The position numbers and the translations under genes were made by a program. Source: a virus. Taken from it: a stretch of DNA of 64,000 bases. Under the pieces are notes generated by a model. It saw only the letters and a list, made by a program, of their open reading frames with translations. It ran no database searches and was not told where the DNA came from. The stretch lies in IMG/VR virus record IMGVR_UViG_3300050821_005436, positions 3,194-67,193 of that record; one strand, 5' to 3'. Positions within the stretch are counted from its first letter, which is position 1; the number at the start of each line of letters is the position of its first letter. This document shows positions 36,276 through 50,400 of this stretch, piece by piece.

Positions 36276-37652
36276 TTAACTATTTAACTTAACAATTGCT
36301 TCAACAATGCCTAATCCGGTAGTATCTTTATCTTCTAACGAACGACCAATAACATTAAATGCTGATGCCTCACCTGGTTGCGCTGCACGCGCTAAACCAT
36401 TTCCTGCTGAAACTAGACGGTCGCCTTTCTTAACAATACCGGTGACATTAACTGGCACTCGACCATTAACAGCAACCGGTGGATGAGTATCTGTAGTTCC
36501 TGCGCCAGCATTCATTAGATATGCAGGTTGTGTGCTAATAACTCCAAAAACTGCTTCACTCAAATCTTCATTTGTCATAGTAATTTCATTGACACCACCT
36601 AGAGATACCACTGTTCCAGGCGCATATATTGAATCTGATTCGAAGCGTTCTGCCACGTCGGCGTAGAGTGCTTGGCTAGAAGTTCCGTTGAATGTAGTAG
36701 CATAAATGTTACTGAATACTAAACTTGGACTACCGATTGTTTGTGTATTTGTGGTAGTGGGCAATAATGCTGCATTCAATGTTACGTTGGACGTTGCACC
36801 TGCAATAGTAAGTGCAGGTGTCTGAGTTCCGCCTTTATTGACTTGAATATATAAATTACCATTCAAATCTGTATTTTGAATGTATGCATTTTGTGCGACG
36901 ATAGAAAACTGCAAATCATTGCCAGCACCAACAGTAAGTCCTGTATTATTAACAACACCTAAAGTTCCTGTCGTAGATGTATTAGTATCTGAGCGCATGA
37001 ACTGAGTTGCTAGTAATCCACCCACAGTATTAGAGTTTGTAGCCGTTCCAGTCAATTGAATTCCTGGAATAGCACCAGTTGTTGCTAAATTAAAACCAGG
37101 AGCAATAGTCGGGAAACCAGGGATAGTTGTCTGTGGTGTAAATAATGAGTCTTTACTTAAAATACCAACTGCGATATTACTTACATAGAAATAAACAATA
37201 ACGTGACTAGTTGATGTTGTATCAATAACTGTGCTAACAATAGCGCCTGACTGACCAGTTGCTGAGGTAAATGATGGTCCAATCAATGTAAATGATGATC
37301 CATTGAATACATTCAACTGTTGATTGACAGTATCGAACCACAAATCTCCGATAACTGCACCGACAGGAGCAGTGGCTGATGCAGTTGAACTACTAATCGG
37401 TTTAAATGTAGTTCCTGTATAAACTTTTAGAACGTTATGACTCGAATCCCACCATAGCTGTCCCACTAGTGGATTAACAGGGGCAGTCGTATTTGCAAAG
37501 TTTTCTAGCAAATAAACAAAGTTTTCATCAATGAACTGGCCATAACCTGCGTAGTTTTTACCTACTAGTGTCAAGTTGGTTGTTGTATCAACTGTGCCAT
37601 CATTAACTGTCGTTAGAGCGGCACCATTATAATGTGTTATTGTATAGGGCAT
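36276..37652 (-). CDS. Baseplate-attached fibre protein with C-terminal intramolecular-chaperone/autocleavage-like domain
   Basis: LVGKNYAGYG...ENFVYLLENFA...GQLWWD N-terminus; YADVAE...GTVV...GVIST.PAYLMN...GRVPV...KKGDRLVS C-terminus. Confidence 0.65.
   Translation of the reverse strand: MPYTITHYNGAALTTVNDGTVDTTTNLTLVGKNYAGYGQFIDENFVYLLENFANTTAPVNPLVGQLWWDSSHNVLKVYTGTTFKPISSSTASATAPVGAVIGDLWFDTVNQQLNVFNGSSFTLIGPSFTSATGQSGAIVSTVIDTTSTSHVIVYFYVSNIAVGILSKDSLFTPQTTIPGFPTIAPGFNLATTGAIPGIQLTGTATNSNTVGGLLATQFMRSDTNTSTTGTLGVVNNTGLTVGAGNDLQFSIVAQNAYIQNTDLNGNLYIQVNKGGTQTPALTIAGATSNVTLNAALLPTTTNTQTIGSPSLVFSNIYATTFNGTSSQALYADVAERFESDSIYAPGTVVSLGGVNEITMTNEDLSEAVFGVISTQPAYLMNAGAGTTDTHPPVAVNGRVPVNVTGIVKKGDRLVSAGNGLARAAQPGEASAFNVIGRSLEDKDTTGLGIVEAIVKLNS
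36281..36286 (-). promoter_or_regulatory. Late promoter core
   Basis: TAAATA on the minus strand, 25 nt upstream of the ATG at 36255. Confidence 0.55.
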
Positions 37653-37675
37653 TTAAAATTCCATAATCATAAGTG

Positions 37676-37681
37676 TATTTA
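37676..37681 (-). promoter_or_regulatory. Late promoter core overlapping a stop codon
   Basis: gcaTAAATAc on the minus strand. Confidence 0.6.
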
Positions 37682-38275
37682 TGCTAAATTAGTCAATGAT
37701 TGGATGCGTAATGTATAATCAATTTGCAACATACGATTCAGTGACTTTTGAACTGGACTAAAAATAACATGAGTTAATAATAATCCTGCTCCTGGTGTTC
37801 CGTTCCAACTTTTAAGACCCAACTCATCAAATGTAAATGTGTCGTTAAAGTTAGTTGAATTATCAAATGCTGATTGTCCTGATGGTTCTCCAAAATCCAA
37901 CAAACAGGAAATTAAAATATCTGTATATACTTGTCCTTGCGAGTGATTTACTTGCATGAAATTCACTCCTGGATTAGGATTTAATGAACTTTGGTCATTA
38001 ACCACTTTGTAATAAGTGTCATTATACAAACTAGCATTTTGTCCTGTAACATTAGGCGGCAAATAAGTAATGATACCAGTCGAACTGACGCTGGTTCCGC
38101 CATTACCAAAATGCATTTCTTGAATCCACCCAGTTGTTCTGTTTGCTAAGGTTAATGCCATTGCATTAGAAATATTTTCATAATGCACAGCGTTGTCTTT
38201 ATCAACAAAAATTTCTTTTGAAATCGGATCAAAAATTTTAATGTGTCCATGGACACTCATAGGAATATTAATCAT
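37679..38275 (-). CDS. Baseplate/tail-collar-like structural protein
   Basis: FGNGG, FDELGL, LLTHVIFSPVQKSLNR; position in the baseplate module. Confidence 0.6.
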   Translation of the reverse strand: MINIPMSVHGHIKIFDPISKEIFVDKDNAVHYENISNAMALTLANRTTGWIQEMHFGNGGTSVSSTGIITYLPPNVTGQNASLYNDTYYKVVNDQSSLNPNPGVNFMQVNHSQGQVYTDILISCLLDFGEPSGQSAFDNSTNFNDTFTFDELGLKSWNGTPGAGLLLTHVIFSPVQKSLNRMLQIDYTLRIQSLTNLA

Positions 38276-38279
38276 CTGT

Positions 38280-38423
38280 TCATGCCCTTATTTCGACAAA
38301 AACTTCATTTGTCTGTGGATCGAAGATTTTGATTTTGCCTTGTGTCAAAATACCCGACTTCTCGTCGGGTTTTTGATCTTTGGTCTTAACATCTTCATTA
38401 GGTTTAATAGGTTTTTCTTGCAT
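38280..38423 (-). CDS. Unannotated 47-aa protein MQEKPIKPNEDVKTKDQKPDEKSGILTQGKIKIFDPQTNEVFVEIRA
   Basis: Translated by hand; late promoter 6 nt upstream; its C-terminal half repeats the N-terminus of the next gene. Confidence 0.75.
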   Translation of the reverse strand: MQEKPIKPNEDVKTKDQKPDEKSGILTQGKIKIFDPQTNEVFVEIRA

Positions 38424-38429
38424 AAAGAA

Positions 38430-38435
38430 TATTTA
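38430..38435 (-). promoter_or_regulatory. Late promoter core overlapping the stop of the giant gene
   Basis: ggaTAAATAttctttATG on the minus strand. Confidence 0.65.
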
Positions 38436-41400
38436 TCCTATATAAAATGTCGGTTGTTCCTTCAAGAATATTGCCTGGGTTGTCTCTGCATTTATCAATG
38501 ATTGACCGTTAGATGGAGTAGTTGCGCCAGGCGCATACCAAGTAACTCCCGCAGCATTCGGTATTTCTTGACCCATACTTGCATCTTCAACTAAAGTTCC
38601 TACAGGAATAGTTGTTTGTGTTGCTCCTGTTCCTGCTGTTCCTCTTCTAATTTGTAGAAGTGCATTATTAGCTTTATCTATTTGCCAATATGTAATTCTT
38701 TCTCCGCCAATGAAGATTACGCCAGGGATTAATATCTCTACATTCGGAATTCCCAAAGTAGAAACATCCTTAACAAATATTTCTGTATCAGTTATATGTA
38801 AAGCTTGAACTAGAGTAGTTGTATTAGCTTGACTTAATCTCAAATAAGACCAATTGTCTCTCATATCCTTAAACATGCGGAATCCAATCGGAGATTGTTG
38901 AACAATTTCTGTCAGGCTAGTAATCACAACAATATCTGTTGGCTGAACGTTCAATTTTGAACTCAATGTGATAATTGATGGTGTCAATAATGAAAAATCG
39001 CTATAAGGGATCAATCGTCTTCCATTGAATGTAACAATCAAATAATTCAAATTAGCTGCGGGCCTGCTTAGTGCATAGTTAGGAACAATAAGCTCAACTG
39101 TTGATGGTGCATCAAAACCTGCTGTATCATAAGGTGCTGCTGAGAAACCATTTAATGTTGAAGCACCAATGATCTGTCCTCCCATAAACACTTGGGTTCT
39201 TATAGATTCAAGATCATCACATTGGACACTGATGATTGAAATAATATCACCGGGCACTAGTGTAACCTCAGAGGAATTAATAGTGAATTGATTGTTTCCG
39301 ATTGGTGATCCCCCAGTCATTACATATTGCGCCCCAGTATTCACACCAATTGAAATTTGTGCTCCAACTGGTGGTGCAGTATGGAATTGAATCTGCCTTG
39401 GATTTGTTCCTGACGGTGGTAATATAGTATAAGAACTAGAAAAATACGGAACATTATTAATCCATATATCAAAGTCGCCTGGTTGAACGGTTGCTGGATT
39501 AATATTTTGAGTTCCTTGTGATGCAAATATAGTAGTTGTTCCATCGCCAGTGTAATACGCTGTATTAGTAGGAATCAATCTATTTCCATTACGATTTACA
39601 ATGATAGAACCACCGATCGGTCCCGCATTGAAAATAGTCCTGTCCATGTTAATCACATATGACCCAGCAGTGATCGGGCCTGCAATAACTACTTCTTGAA
39701 CATGAACTTCTGCTCTAGTCAAATGAGTGCTATACAAATGCACATGAACATTCAAACCGTTCAATGCGGCGGCAGTAATTGTTAATAAAGTATTTCTGCC
39801 GTCTGGCGCTGCTGATAACGTGTAAGCGCTAGTTGTCAATCCATTAAATAGAACCAAACTATCCAAAACTTCAGCATAAGGTGCATTTAATTCAATGACA
39901 TTCGTATTGCCTGTCAGGATGAAGGTTTCAGCAAAAATCTGATTACCGCCTGCATCATCAATAACGTATATATAAACATTATCACTAGCTGCTAGTGGAA
40001 ATTTAAATGTAATTGTTTTACTATTAAATGAAATAGTATAATTTACACCTGGAATTTGCATACCACCATTTTGAGTGAAAACTAAAACGTTATCACCTAA
40101 TAAGTTCGTTGCAGCATATGAATATGTTTGTGTAAAACCTGTTCCTGGGTAGCTGAACAATTCAACAGGAACTCCCTTAGGATTCGTTGAATTAACTGTG
40201 GGATCATTAGTGACAACCTTAAAGTCTAATGTATCAAATACTGAACCAGGCACTAATTCTTCTGGAGCATGACTTGCGAATGCATCAATATACGCGCCAC
40301 CATCAACAATGATATCAGCTGGACGAATTCCTAGTTCCGAATCTGTATATAGACTAGAAACCTCTACGTCATACAGAGAATCAGATGGAACTGGGAAACC
40401 TTCTGGCCCAATTTTAGTTGCATCAAACGGTTCAGAGTCAAATCCACCCACGTCCCAGACTGGAGTTTGTTCATATGTCAATCCAGTCATCTTTACGCCA
40501 GGGTAATCAATACCTGCTTGAACTTGATTTAAGAAATCGCCTGGCATTCCAGATGTAGGATCATATAATGCAGCAATCCTATCATTTGCATTCGTATAGC
40601 TTGAATCATTTAGTAAGAATAAGTATGTTGCATCAAATGTATTTCCTGATACAAATGATCCTTCTGTTTCATCAGATGATATTAATGTGTTATCATCTGA
40701 TACTAATGAATCATCAACTGACCCATTGAAATTGACATTCACACCATACACTAAACCATTAAAAGTAATAATTTGATTTGTAGTAAATCTTGTATTTGGA
40801 GTCCATGGCACAACATTTGTATTATAGCTAATACGATCAAATTTCATAGTCAAATCAAATGATCGAATTAGATTATTTCCTATGATAGCGATTGCTGTTG
40901 CACCCACTCCACCACCGCCAGAAATTGTGATTGTAGGTGCTGTCACATAATTAATACCCTCTGACAATATTTCGATTGATGCGACTGCAGAGCCATTCAT
41001 GATGGCAATTGCTGTTGCGCCTATGCCACCGCCACCAGTAACATAAACTGTAGGAGTGCTAATAAAGCCTGAACCACCATTAATCAATTCGATACTAAGT
41101 AAATTTTTAGACAGGTGATAATTATTCCACATTTCATATTGTGGTTTGGTATCTAACAAGAATTGATCGTTAGGTTGAGTTCCATTGGGACTTCTGTAGT
41201 AGCCTAAGCTCGAATCAAAATATGGTGGCAAATCAAAGTCAGTAACATCACCTAGATAAGTATCTTGCCAAGTATAATCTAAGACATAATCTCTAATCAC
41301 AGTATGATATGGCAATACTTCATTTAAGTAATCTTGGAAGTATGTCTGATTATCAATTTGATAACTAGGAACCTGACTCAATTCACGAATTTGGTGCAGG

Positions 41401-44400
41401 ATTGAGACAAAACTTGTCTTGAAAATCCAATCAACCCATTTTTGTTCAGACAGAATATAATTAACCATTCTGAAGAACAAACTGTTAGCATTGATTGCTA
41501 GATCATCCACAAAAATGTTGTTAAAAATACAATTAATAATATTCCTTGTTTCTTGAACAGGGAACTTGTCAAATGATTGCACATCAAATCGTTGATTATC
41601 CCAACCCAACTGGTTATCAATAAAATCATATAAGCTACTATCAAATTGAATCGTTGCATTATCTATTGCTAGAGTTGTATAGTTCCCAACAGAATTGAAC
41701 AAGACGATTTCTGAATCTCCTGATCCATTATCGTTAATTTTAATTATATCGCCAGACTTAACAGTAGTTAAAAATGCAATATCAACTAAGGTATCTACAA
41801 CAAAATCTGGTGTAGATGCAGGATTATAATCTGGACTATACCAAGTCACATATTGCCAAAACTGCCTAGTATCATAGCTCTGCATTTGAACAGCAACCCA
41901 TACATTAGATTTTGTTTTAGCATAAATTGCCCAAAAGCCATTGAAATTAAAATCATTAGTTACGAGAACTTTGTAACCTACCGGTAGCGCAGCAATAGGC
42001 AAGAAAGTTAGTGTTTCATAGTTCGGCACTGTTTGATTGTAATTTACAACTCCATTGTTACTAGTCGCTGGAGGAATAGGATCAAATTGCTTAATAGAGC
42101 TTAAGTTTTTCGAGAATGCAATCTGATTAACAGCACATACAGAATTCACGTATTGAACTAAGACTTTCAATCCTGTGAGTCTATCTATCACCATGCTTTG
42201 GATCGGACGCAAACCTATACCATATTTCTCACTGACAGGTAATGTCGAATCAGGTACATTATTTCCTAGCTTATCTACACCAACAAGACTATCAGTTAAT
42301 TTACTGATAATTTGTGGAGGAATATGACTAGAAACATTGCCATTTTGAACCAATTGATATTCATTATGAATTAAATTGTTAGAGACAGCATTGTTATATT
42401 CAATGTGAAGAATCGTGTCATCACTAGAAACGGTATTAATTACATTGTATAACGCAAGTGCATTAGTATCCAATATTGCAGCAAATTCAATTCCTTGTGC
42501 TTGAGGATTAGCAATGATTTGAGCAACAGAATTGACAGGCAACGTTTTTGGACTAGTGACATTTATAGAAGTCTTATTTTTTACCCAATAAAAATACGTA
42601 ATAACTTGATTACCTGTTATTGAATCATATGTTATTTGAGAACTATAAACTGAATCATCTGCATGCTTAGGAACACCATCTCCAACCTGAGAAACATATT
42701 GGGATGGAAGGTATATAGTAGATACCCATTCATACACATCAATAGAACTGCCTGGCATCAATGATGCCCAATTTGCTGCACGATATGCCAAGTCACCTTG
42801 TTTATAATCTACAAACCTGACTGTATCTAAGTCCCACCATACCATTCCCACTTGCTCTTTGCCCCATGGAGCTAGAGGATTTAAAATCAAACCACTTTCT
42901 GTATTCTGGACCACTTCATATACAGCTGGATCGACACTAGCAGAAAAATCAATGTTTTGTTTTGCTTCACCAGGAATCATACCGAATAATGGATCAACTG
43001 TTTCTATATTCTGTAAAATAGTATTTGTTTGTTTGCTATAGACAAACATCTTATTAACAGGATTAGGAATGATAGGGGATGATTGTGAGCGCAATACTTC
43101 CCATCCTAGAGTCCCTGAAGAATTCACATACTGTTGGACTGTTCCCGCTTGAGGATTTCTATCGAACGCATTAGGAGATCCCACAAAAATGTCTGTGCCT
43201 GAACTATCTATCGCTGATCCGAACAAGTCTCCAGATACTTGAACACCAGATACAAGTTGTTGAACTTCTACATACTTTCCTAAATTAGAACCGTCAATAT
43301 CTGGCTCTAATTCAAATACAAATACACTTCCACTAGGAATACCATCTACAAAATGTGTAGTCGTCTTGTCAAATGTGGTTGTTTTAGTATCAAATGTAGT
43401 ATCCTCATATGTGCTTGCGAATGGACTACCCACCATCATTTCCGTACCACCTGCCTGTATCGCTACTTTGTATCCGAATCTAGCATTTGACGTAATGATA
43501 GGATTAGTAATTTGTTGTATCTGTTGTATAGGAGCAAAACCTAAATTTTTATACGTGTTTCCTAGTACTGGTCCGATCGCAAGTTTATTTGAAACTGCTG
43601 CTGAACTACTAGTAATTACTAGCATATTGTTTAACGCTGATGCAGTGATTCCGGTGATTTTTGCAGAATTAATATTAGTCGCAAAACCACTCAAAGTTGC
43701 ATTCGTTACAGTAACATAGAATCCATTAATGGAAATAATGTCCCCTGCTATCAACGTTGGATTTGTAACTGACGATAAAGTTCCGGTACTAGAACCCGCA
43801 TCGATGTATCGATAAGCTGCACCAGAATAATAAATTGCTTCATCTGTTTCATTCGGGGCGCCGACAATTAAGTTTCCACTAAAATCATCGTATGCAATTG
43901 ATTGGCCGAAATTGACAGTTTGTTGTGTTGTATTTCCTCCCAATTTTTGAATCTGATTAAAGTTTCCATACACAACTTTGACAATAGACCCCGCAGCTGG
44001 CGCATTTAAGAATACAATAGTATTGTTAGAAGTATTAATAATAACATTATATGTATTAGGATTAAAAATATTTGATGGTTGATATACCCCATCAATGGTT
44101 ACTGTCACGTTATTTGATATAGGAAGCGTAGGAACAACCACGGTTGTCGAACCGTCCATTACAAATTGCTGTCCCGATCTTGCGAAACAATATACTGCAC
44201 CAGCTTTAAATTCATGAGAATTCCCAACATTGTTGGGAGCAGAAACATACAATCTATTACCCAATGCATTACATGTTAGATCAAATCCAAACATATCATT
44301 TAGTGCTGAATCTGCTGTTGTAATAGTTGAAATATAGTTATAAAATTGTGTCGGTTGAGTAACAATCACATTTGTTGTGGGTGCTACGTTAAACACGATA

Positions 44401-47400
44401 TTCGTACCGCTAATGGTATAATCTATATTAGGTACGTATGCGATTAAGCCGCTGTTATCTAAAACATTTAATGAATTTATACTGATCGGTGTAAATCCTA
44501 ATGCAAAAGTAGTAGTTACATTGTCTGCGATCAATGTAATTTGATTATACGCTGCACCTTGAACCAGACCATAAACATATACTTCATTAACATTTGGTGC
44601 GCCTATAAACAAATATGATCCATCAGATGACGCGCATATACTTCCGCCGAAATTACTTAGCACACCGAAATCAGGTGCTACTATAGTTTGTGTAATTACG
44701 AATCCAGCGTTTTTGATAATACCCGCATATACATATCCTGTTCCACTTCGGCTTCCAGGCGCGGATGCTATCCAACCTACCGGAGTATTGATTACTTTTT
44801 GTCCTAGATTTGCTATCTGTGTGCTTGTAATTTCAAGTTCTTGTGCCGGAACTAAACTTCCTGTATTAGATTTTACAAACAATGCAAGAGTACCACCATT
44901 AGCATTAAAACCTTGACCTGGTGCGCCCACTAATACAAAATTATTTGTAGAAGATGCTGCGATAGAAGATCCAAAGTTTGCTCCTATATTTGTAGTAAAT
45001 CTTGATAGATAATTAGTAAAATCGAATGGACTCTGTTTTTGCAGCACTGCCCATTGTCCTAAATTTTGATAATTATCAACCCAAGTCATATCACCATCAA
45101 GCCATGCATTTATAGGAGTAAATGAAGACATATCTGATGCTACAGTAAATCTAACACTTTGCAATGTGAATACTAAGCCAGTTCCAGTAGCTTGGATAAA
45201 TCCTGTCAGGCTAGCTGAATAAGCAACCAGAATATTCTGAAGATCAACAACTTGCAATACTTGATAAAATCCATCAAATGCAGTGCTAAAATTCTTTAAT
45301 GCAATAATTTGTCCCACAGTAAATTGGTGATATTGTGCAAATGATAATTGAATCAATCCATCAAGTGCATTAGATACCGTCTCACAAGTTACACCTGTCT
45401 CAGAAACCCTGAAAACATTCCAATCATTGCTGAAGTCTTTCGCAGTCCAAATAGTATATCCACTGCCAATATTTGGAATCACGTTGTCAATAGAAGAAAT
45501 GTCAGTGATATCAAAAATGATTGCATCAACATCACTTGGCCTTACATATCCAGCAGTGGGCAACTGTTGTTCGACAGGGGTTCCTGGCCCAATTATAAAT
45601 GGTACCGAATTCCAATCCAGTGGTGCTGAATATAATTCTGACGGTGCATAACTAACAGCCGGAACAACGCTATCAGAAGTATCTACAACTGTAGGATTAA
45701 ATTCAATGATCTGTGGATTTCCTGTAAAGGTAGCACTGTTCAACTGAACTTCTACATCCAATTTCGTTTGGGTTGCTCCGAACGATCCCACACGAATTGC
45801 CCACTCTTCGAACAATTCTACATTACTGCTTAGATTTCCGAAGTTTGCACGCGTAAATGCATCAACTGCTGTAGTCGTTCCTTTTTGTTTAATAAATCCT
45901 TGATAGAACTTAATTTGACTACTACTTTCAACATCAAGATCCGTTAAATAAGTTCGTGGTCTAAAGCCAATTAATCCCTTAGCATGCTCATCTGCTTGAT
46001 CATTAAAATTCACATAATCAACATTGTAAAAATTTTGATATTGCTGTGCAGTATTTGCAAAGTTAGGAATCAAACCAGTCTTAATGACTGTTGAATCAAT
46101 CTGTTGCCATACATTAAAGTTAAATGTGGAGCTAGGATAAACAATTTGTTTAGCTGTATAGAATACACCCTTAAAGCTTACTAAATCGTTTGTATTATAT
46201 GTTGCATTAGGATTCCACTCTTGAACATTATTTTGATTAATAAAGAATCCTGGAGTAGATAATGATCCATTCCAATCTGTAGTCTTATAACCATTCAGCT
46301 TTACGCGGAATTGTCTATCGCTTGTTACAGGTTGATAGATGATGTCATTAAACGATGTGATATTATCAAATACCAACACATGTTCCCATTGGACTAAATT
46401 AACAGTCAATAATCCTATCGTAGTTCCATCAACAACTTCTACTGCAAATATATTAGGAGATGCTGAAGAGTCACGCAATATTGTGTAACGAGTATTATCT
46501 ACAACATTAAAATTCAAATCTAAGATTCTAGCGCCGAAAGCATTATCCTGCAAAGAATCTGCCACTGACAATGTTGATAATAATTGCAATTTATTTGCCA
46601 CTGGACTCAAAACAATGGCACTGCCCAAATCCCAACCCTGTTGGCTCCAAGACAAAAATTCATTCGCACTTAGGTACCAATCTTGTTGTTGATTCAATGC
46701 TGAACTTCTATCTGAAAAATTAAATCCGACTGCATTCAAATATCGTTGATAGCTGACTAAGAAATCCACAAGTTGTTGTTTAGTAGTGAATGTAGATCCG
46801 TAAGCAACTGACATTAATACAGGATCATAGTCTTGATATATTGTTGCTGTAGCACCAGCTTGTGAAATAGTTACTGAATTTCCACTTGAAATGCTAGGAA
46901 CTATATTGAAGAATGGTGCTGTCGTATCATATCCTCTCACAGAATAGCCAGCAGAAGTTAGTTCAACAATAACAGCACTATACGTTGCTGTGGTTATTGG
47001 GGCAGATTTAATCAACGACACGCTGTAATTATCAACTGGTACTAAAATACCTTGAGTAGTTACTGCAGGAGTATTTTGTTCCAAAATTACATTCAAATAA
47101 TTTTGATCAGTAAATGCTCCCATTTTATACGCCAATTGGATAGTCATTGCATTGATATCAGACAGCAATGTTATTGATGGATTAATACCTTGAGTTCTAA
47201 TATAATCCGCAATCCAGTTTGTATAACTTGCTTGTCTAACAATACTACCGTTGAGTGTAGTTCCATTCAATGATACATCAATTTGTTTGAATCGCTCATT
47301 ATCCGTAAATAAAAATTGATTAAGTGAAGAATTTTTTTGGTATCCATTATCAATTAGTAACCCAAAATACTTAGCGGGTTTAGCTAATGCAGCCAAAATT

Positions 47401-50400
47401 TGCAAGGAGAATGGATATTCACTAGAACTTCTCCAAGAGTATTCTGGTGGTGCAATATCACCGAATGAATAATTCGCATCTGCTAACGTCGAATCAAAGT
47501 TTTTTGTAATGACTTGAGTGGGAGGTAGCAAATTACCCGCTAGATCGACTGGAATGTATTTTGACAATCCTGGTCTAGCATATAATGGGTTTATGCCTAT
47601 ATTATTTCCGCCAGCAATATAACCTGCTTCTAAGTCTTGCCACAGTAAAGTGTTGCCTTTAGTATATGGTGCAGGACCGTATTGGCTAATCCACCAGCTT
47701 GGAATTTGCGAGAATCCCAACATTTCCCACGGACGAGAGTCTGGATGAGTTGTATCATAGAAATATTCATAGATGCCTCTCCAATAACCACTAAGTGCTT
47801 TGCTATCCTTATCTAAGAAAGAACTATAGTTCCAAGTAAATGCATTACTATTTTGAAACCATTTATTGTCAGTGTAATCTACTTTGTTAATTCCTGCCCA
47901 AGTTAAGAACTCACCAGATAAAATTTGATTTATTTCTGCAATAGAATAATCAGTAGTTCTGAACTTACCAGGAATTATTGCATTGATATCAAGTTTATTT
48001 GTATATGTTGTTTTGATATTGTTATAGATGCGTAATTCAAGTTCCAACAATAATTGATCTCTAAAATCACCGAACGATGGTGTATAGCTACCATCGTGCC
48101 CGATAATAACATTCATAGGAGTTTGATACGTATCATCTAGTGTAATTTGAGGAACGAAGGATGGATACAAACCCAATTTAGTCGGAGTTTCTGGAACCAA
48201 TGAGCCATCCGTACTAGAATAATCAACAATATCGATTACATCGCCTGCAGCAAATACAATATTATTAAACTCAATAACTGCATTGGTTTTACTAAACTGA
48301 TAATTAATTCCTTTAACTAATTGAGTTCCGTTATGATACACTAATACTGCTCTATTAGATAATGCAGTTGGATCAAAAATTGCAGAAATATTATAATTTA
48401 ATTGCGTAGGATTAGAAATATTATAAGTTGTTGTAACTCCTGTAGTTCCGTAAGGAATCATATCACTATAGTAATATGGGAATGAAATATCTTTATTCGC
48501 ATTAATATATTTCATTATAGTATCAATTGCTACTGGAGCAGTTAATTGATCTATATCACCAATGGTAATTGCCGCTTGCAAGAATTTTATCTTGAACGTA
48601 TTATATTCATATCGTGCTTGACGAATAGCATTAACAAAATTATAATTATTGTTCAACAAAAACAATTCAGCATATTGAAGTCCAGCACTATTCTGAATAA
48701 TTTTCCCTTTGTATTTGTATATGTTAGGAAAATCTCGAAGATTTTGTGTTTCTACTCCTGTTCCGCCATAAGTTAAATTAGGCGATGATACATTGTCGCT
48801 AGAATACAGCATTGTATCAGCATCAAATAATGTTGTATCAGAAGTTAATATTTGATTTTGAGTATTTTCAGCAAATGCGAATACATTAGTTTTTTGTGAA
48901 GAAAACTGTGATACATTATCAGAAGTAACGATTGCTGTATCAGATGTAATCTGTGTTGTGTCAGAAGTATCAACGACTGCTGGTGAATAATTTGCAACTG
49001 CAAGACCAGGAATAATACCCAATGATTGTGTCGCTGAGATAAATTGCTCGCTAATATGATTTCTGTATTGTCCTAATGTAACTGTTCCGATGGTCGCATT
49101 TTGTGCATTATCTTCTAAGTTGTCTGGGATTTCATAGTAACCAATTGATGTTGATTCTTGGCTATAGATAAAAATATCCACTTTATCACCGGCAGTCAAT
49201 ATAACATTTAGAACAACAAACAAACCAGCATCAAGTTGTTCAATAGAATAAAGATCATTTTCAACAAACAAATCATTTACATACAACAACATATTTTCAA
49301 CCAAAGTTGAAATCTGTGGTGTTATATCGATAGCGAATTGAGTTGCTCCGCCTGTATAGGTATATGTGAAATGTTGATATTGTTTGCTATCTTCTATCGC
49401 CGTAGACCAGACATTTCTTAAATCATATCCTAAAACTTCTGCTGAATTTGTTTTATGCAGGAATCCTATATTGATATTTTTAGTGATAGTCAATCCATTA
49501 CTCAAATACGAGAATGTATCAGTATCAAAAAAGTTTGTAAATTGAATATCTCCTACATTATTGAAAGTTCTATGTGTAATAGGGAATCCTAGTGCTGAGT
49601 CAGGATTTCCAGAACCAATGGTATATCCGAAAATCTTTGTCCCTATGAACGTTGTTCCTGGATATAACGCTTGATCCGTAAAACTATTTCCATTTGTATC
49701 GAAAACATCAAATAAAATAGGTTGATTAACAGAAAATTTTTCTTGATTAGATACCCAATTGGTTCCGTCATAATGCATCGAAACGCCAGCATAACTAAAT
49801 CCCTCTGATATAATAATGTTTTGACCTTCTTCTGCTACTTCTACTGGTGTCAAATTCAACTGAGGATTGGATCCTGCTGTAACTGTAATTAGCTGAGCTT
49901 CATACACTGTTTTTCTAACTGTAGGATCTGTTGCAGCAGCAAATATTACTTTTATACCATTGGTCAAATTAACTCTATCAACATAGAATCCTAATTTACC
50001 TTCAACTTGCGAAAATGGATCAGTAACAGAAAAATCGATCAAATTGATAACGTCGAAAAACGATGATCCACTATTTACAAGTTGATAATTTTTTTCAAAT
50101 TCAACAATAGGTCTGACCGCACGTTTCGTAGGATCTAATACTAACGAAGTGCTATTATAATTTGCAGCAGATTGCAACACATCAACGTGGAACCAACGGT
50201 TTGATCTTGCCCATGGATTTCTATCTTCACTAGATCGTTGCATAGTGAGATAATCTGGTTCTGTCAAACCGATGACTGTATTTGCGTATGCCTCTGGAGT
50301 AACAAGTGTATTGACTGGAACCAACTCAATGGATTGTCCTACACCCTCAACATAATATGCATTAAATTGATAATTCGATGGAGAAACATCATCCCCAAAA

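Noticed and set aside
38193-38501. 102-aa plus-strand ORF in the track
   Set aside because: Antisense shadow of the 47-aa minus-strand gene and its neighbours, which have promoter and paralogy support
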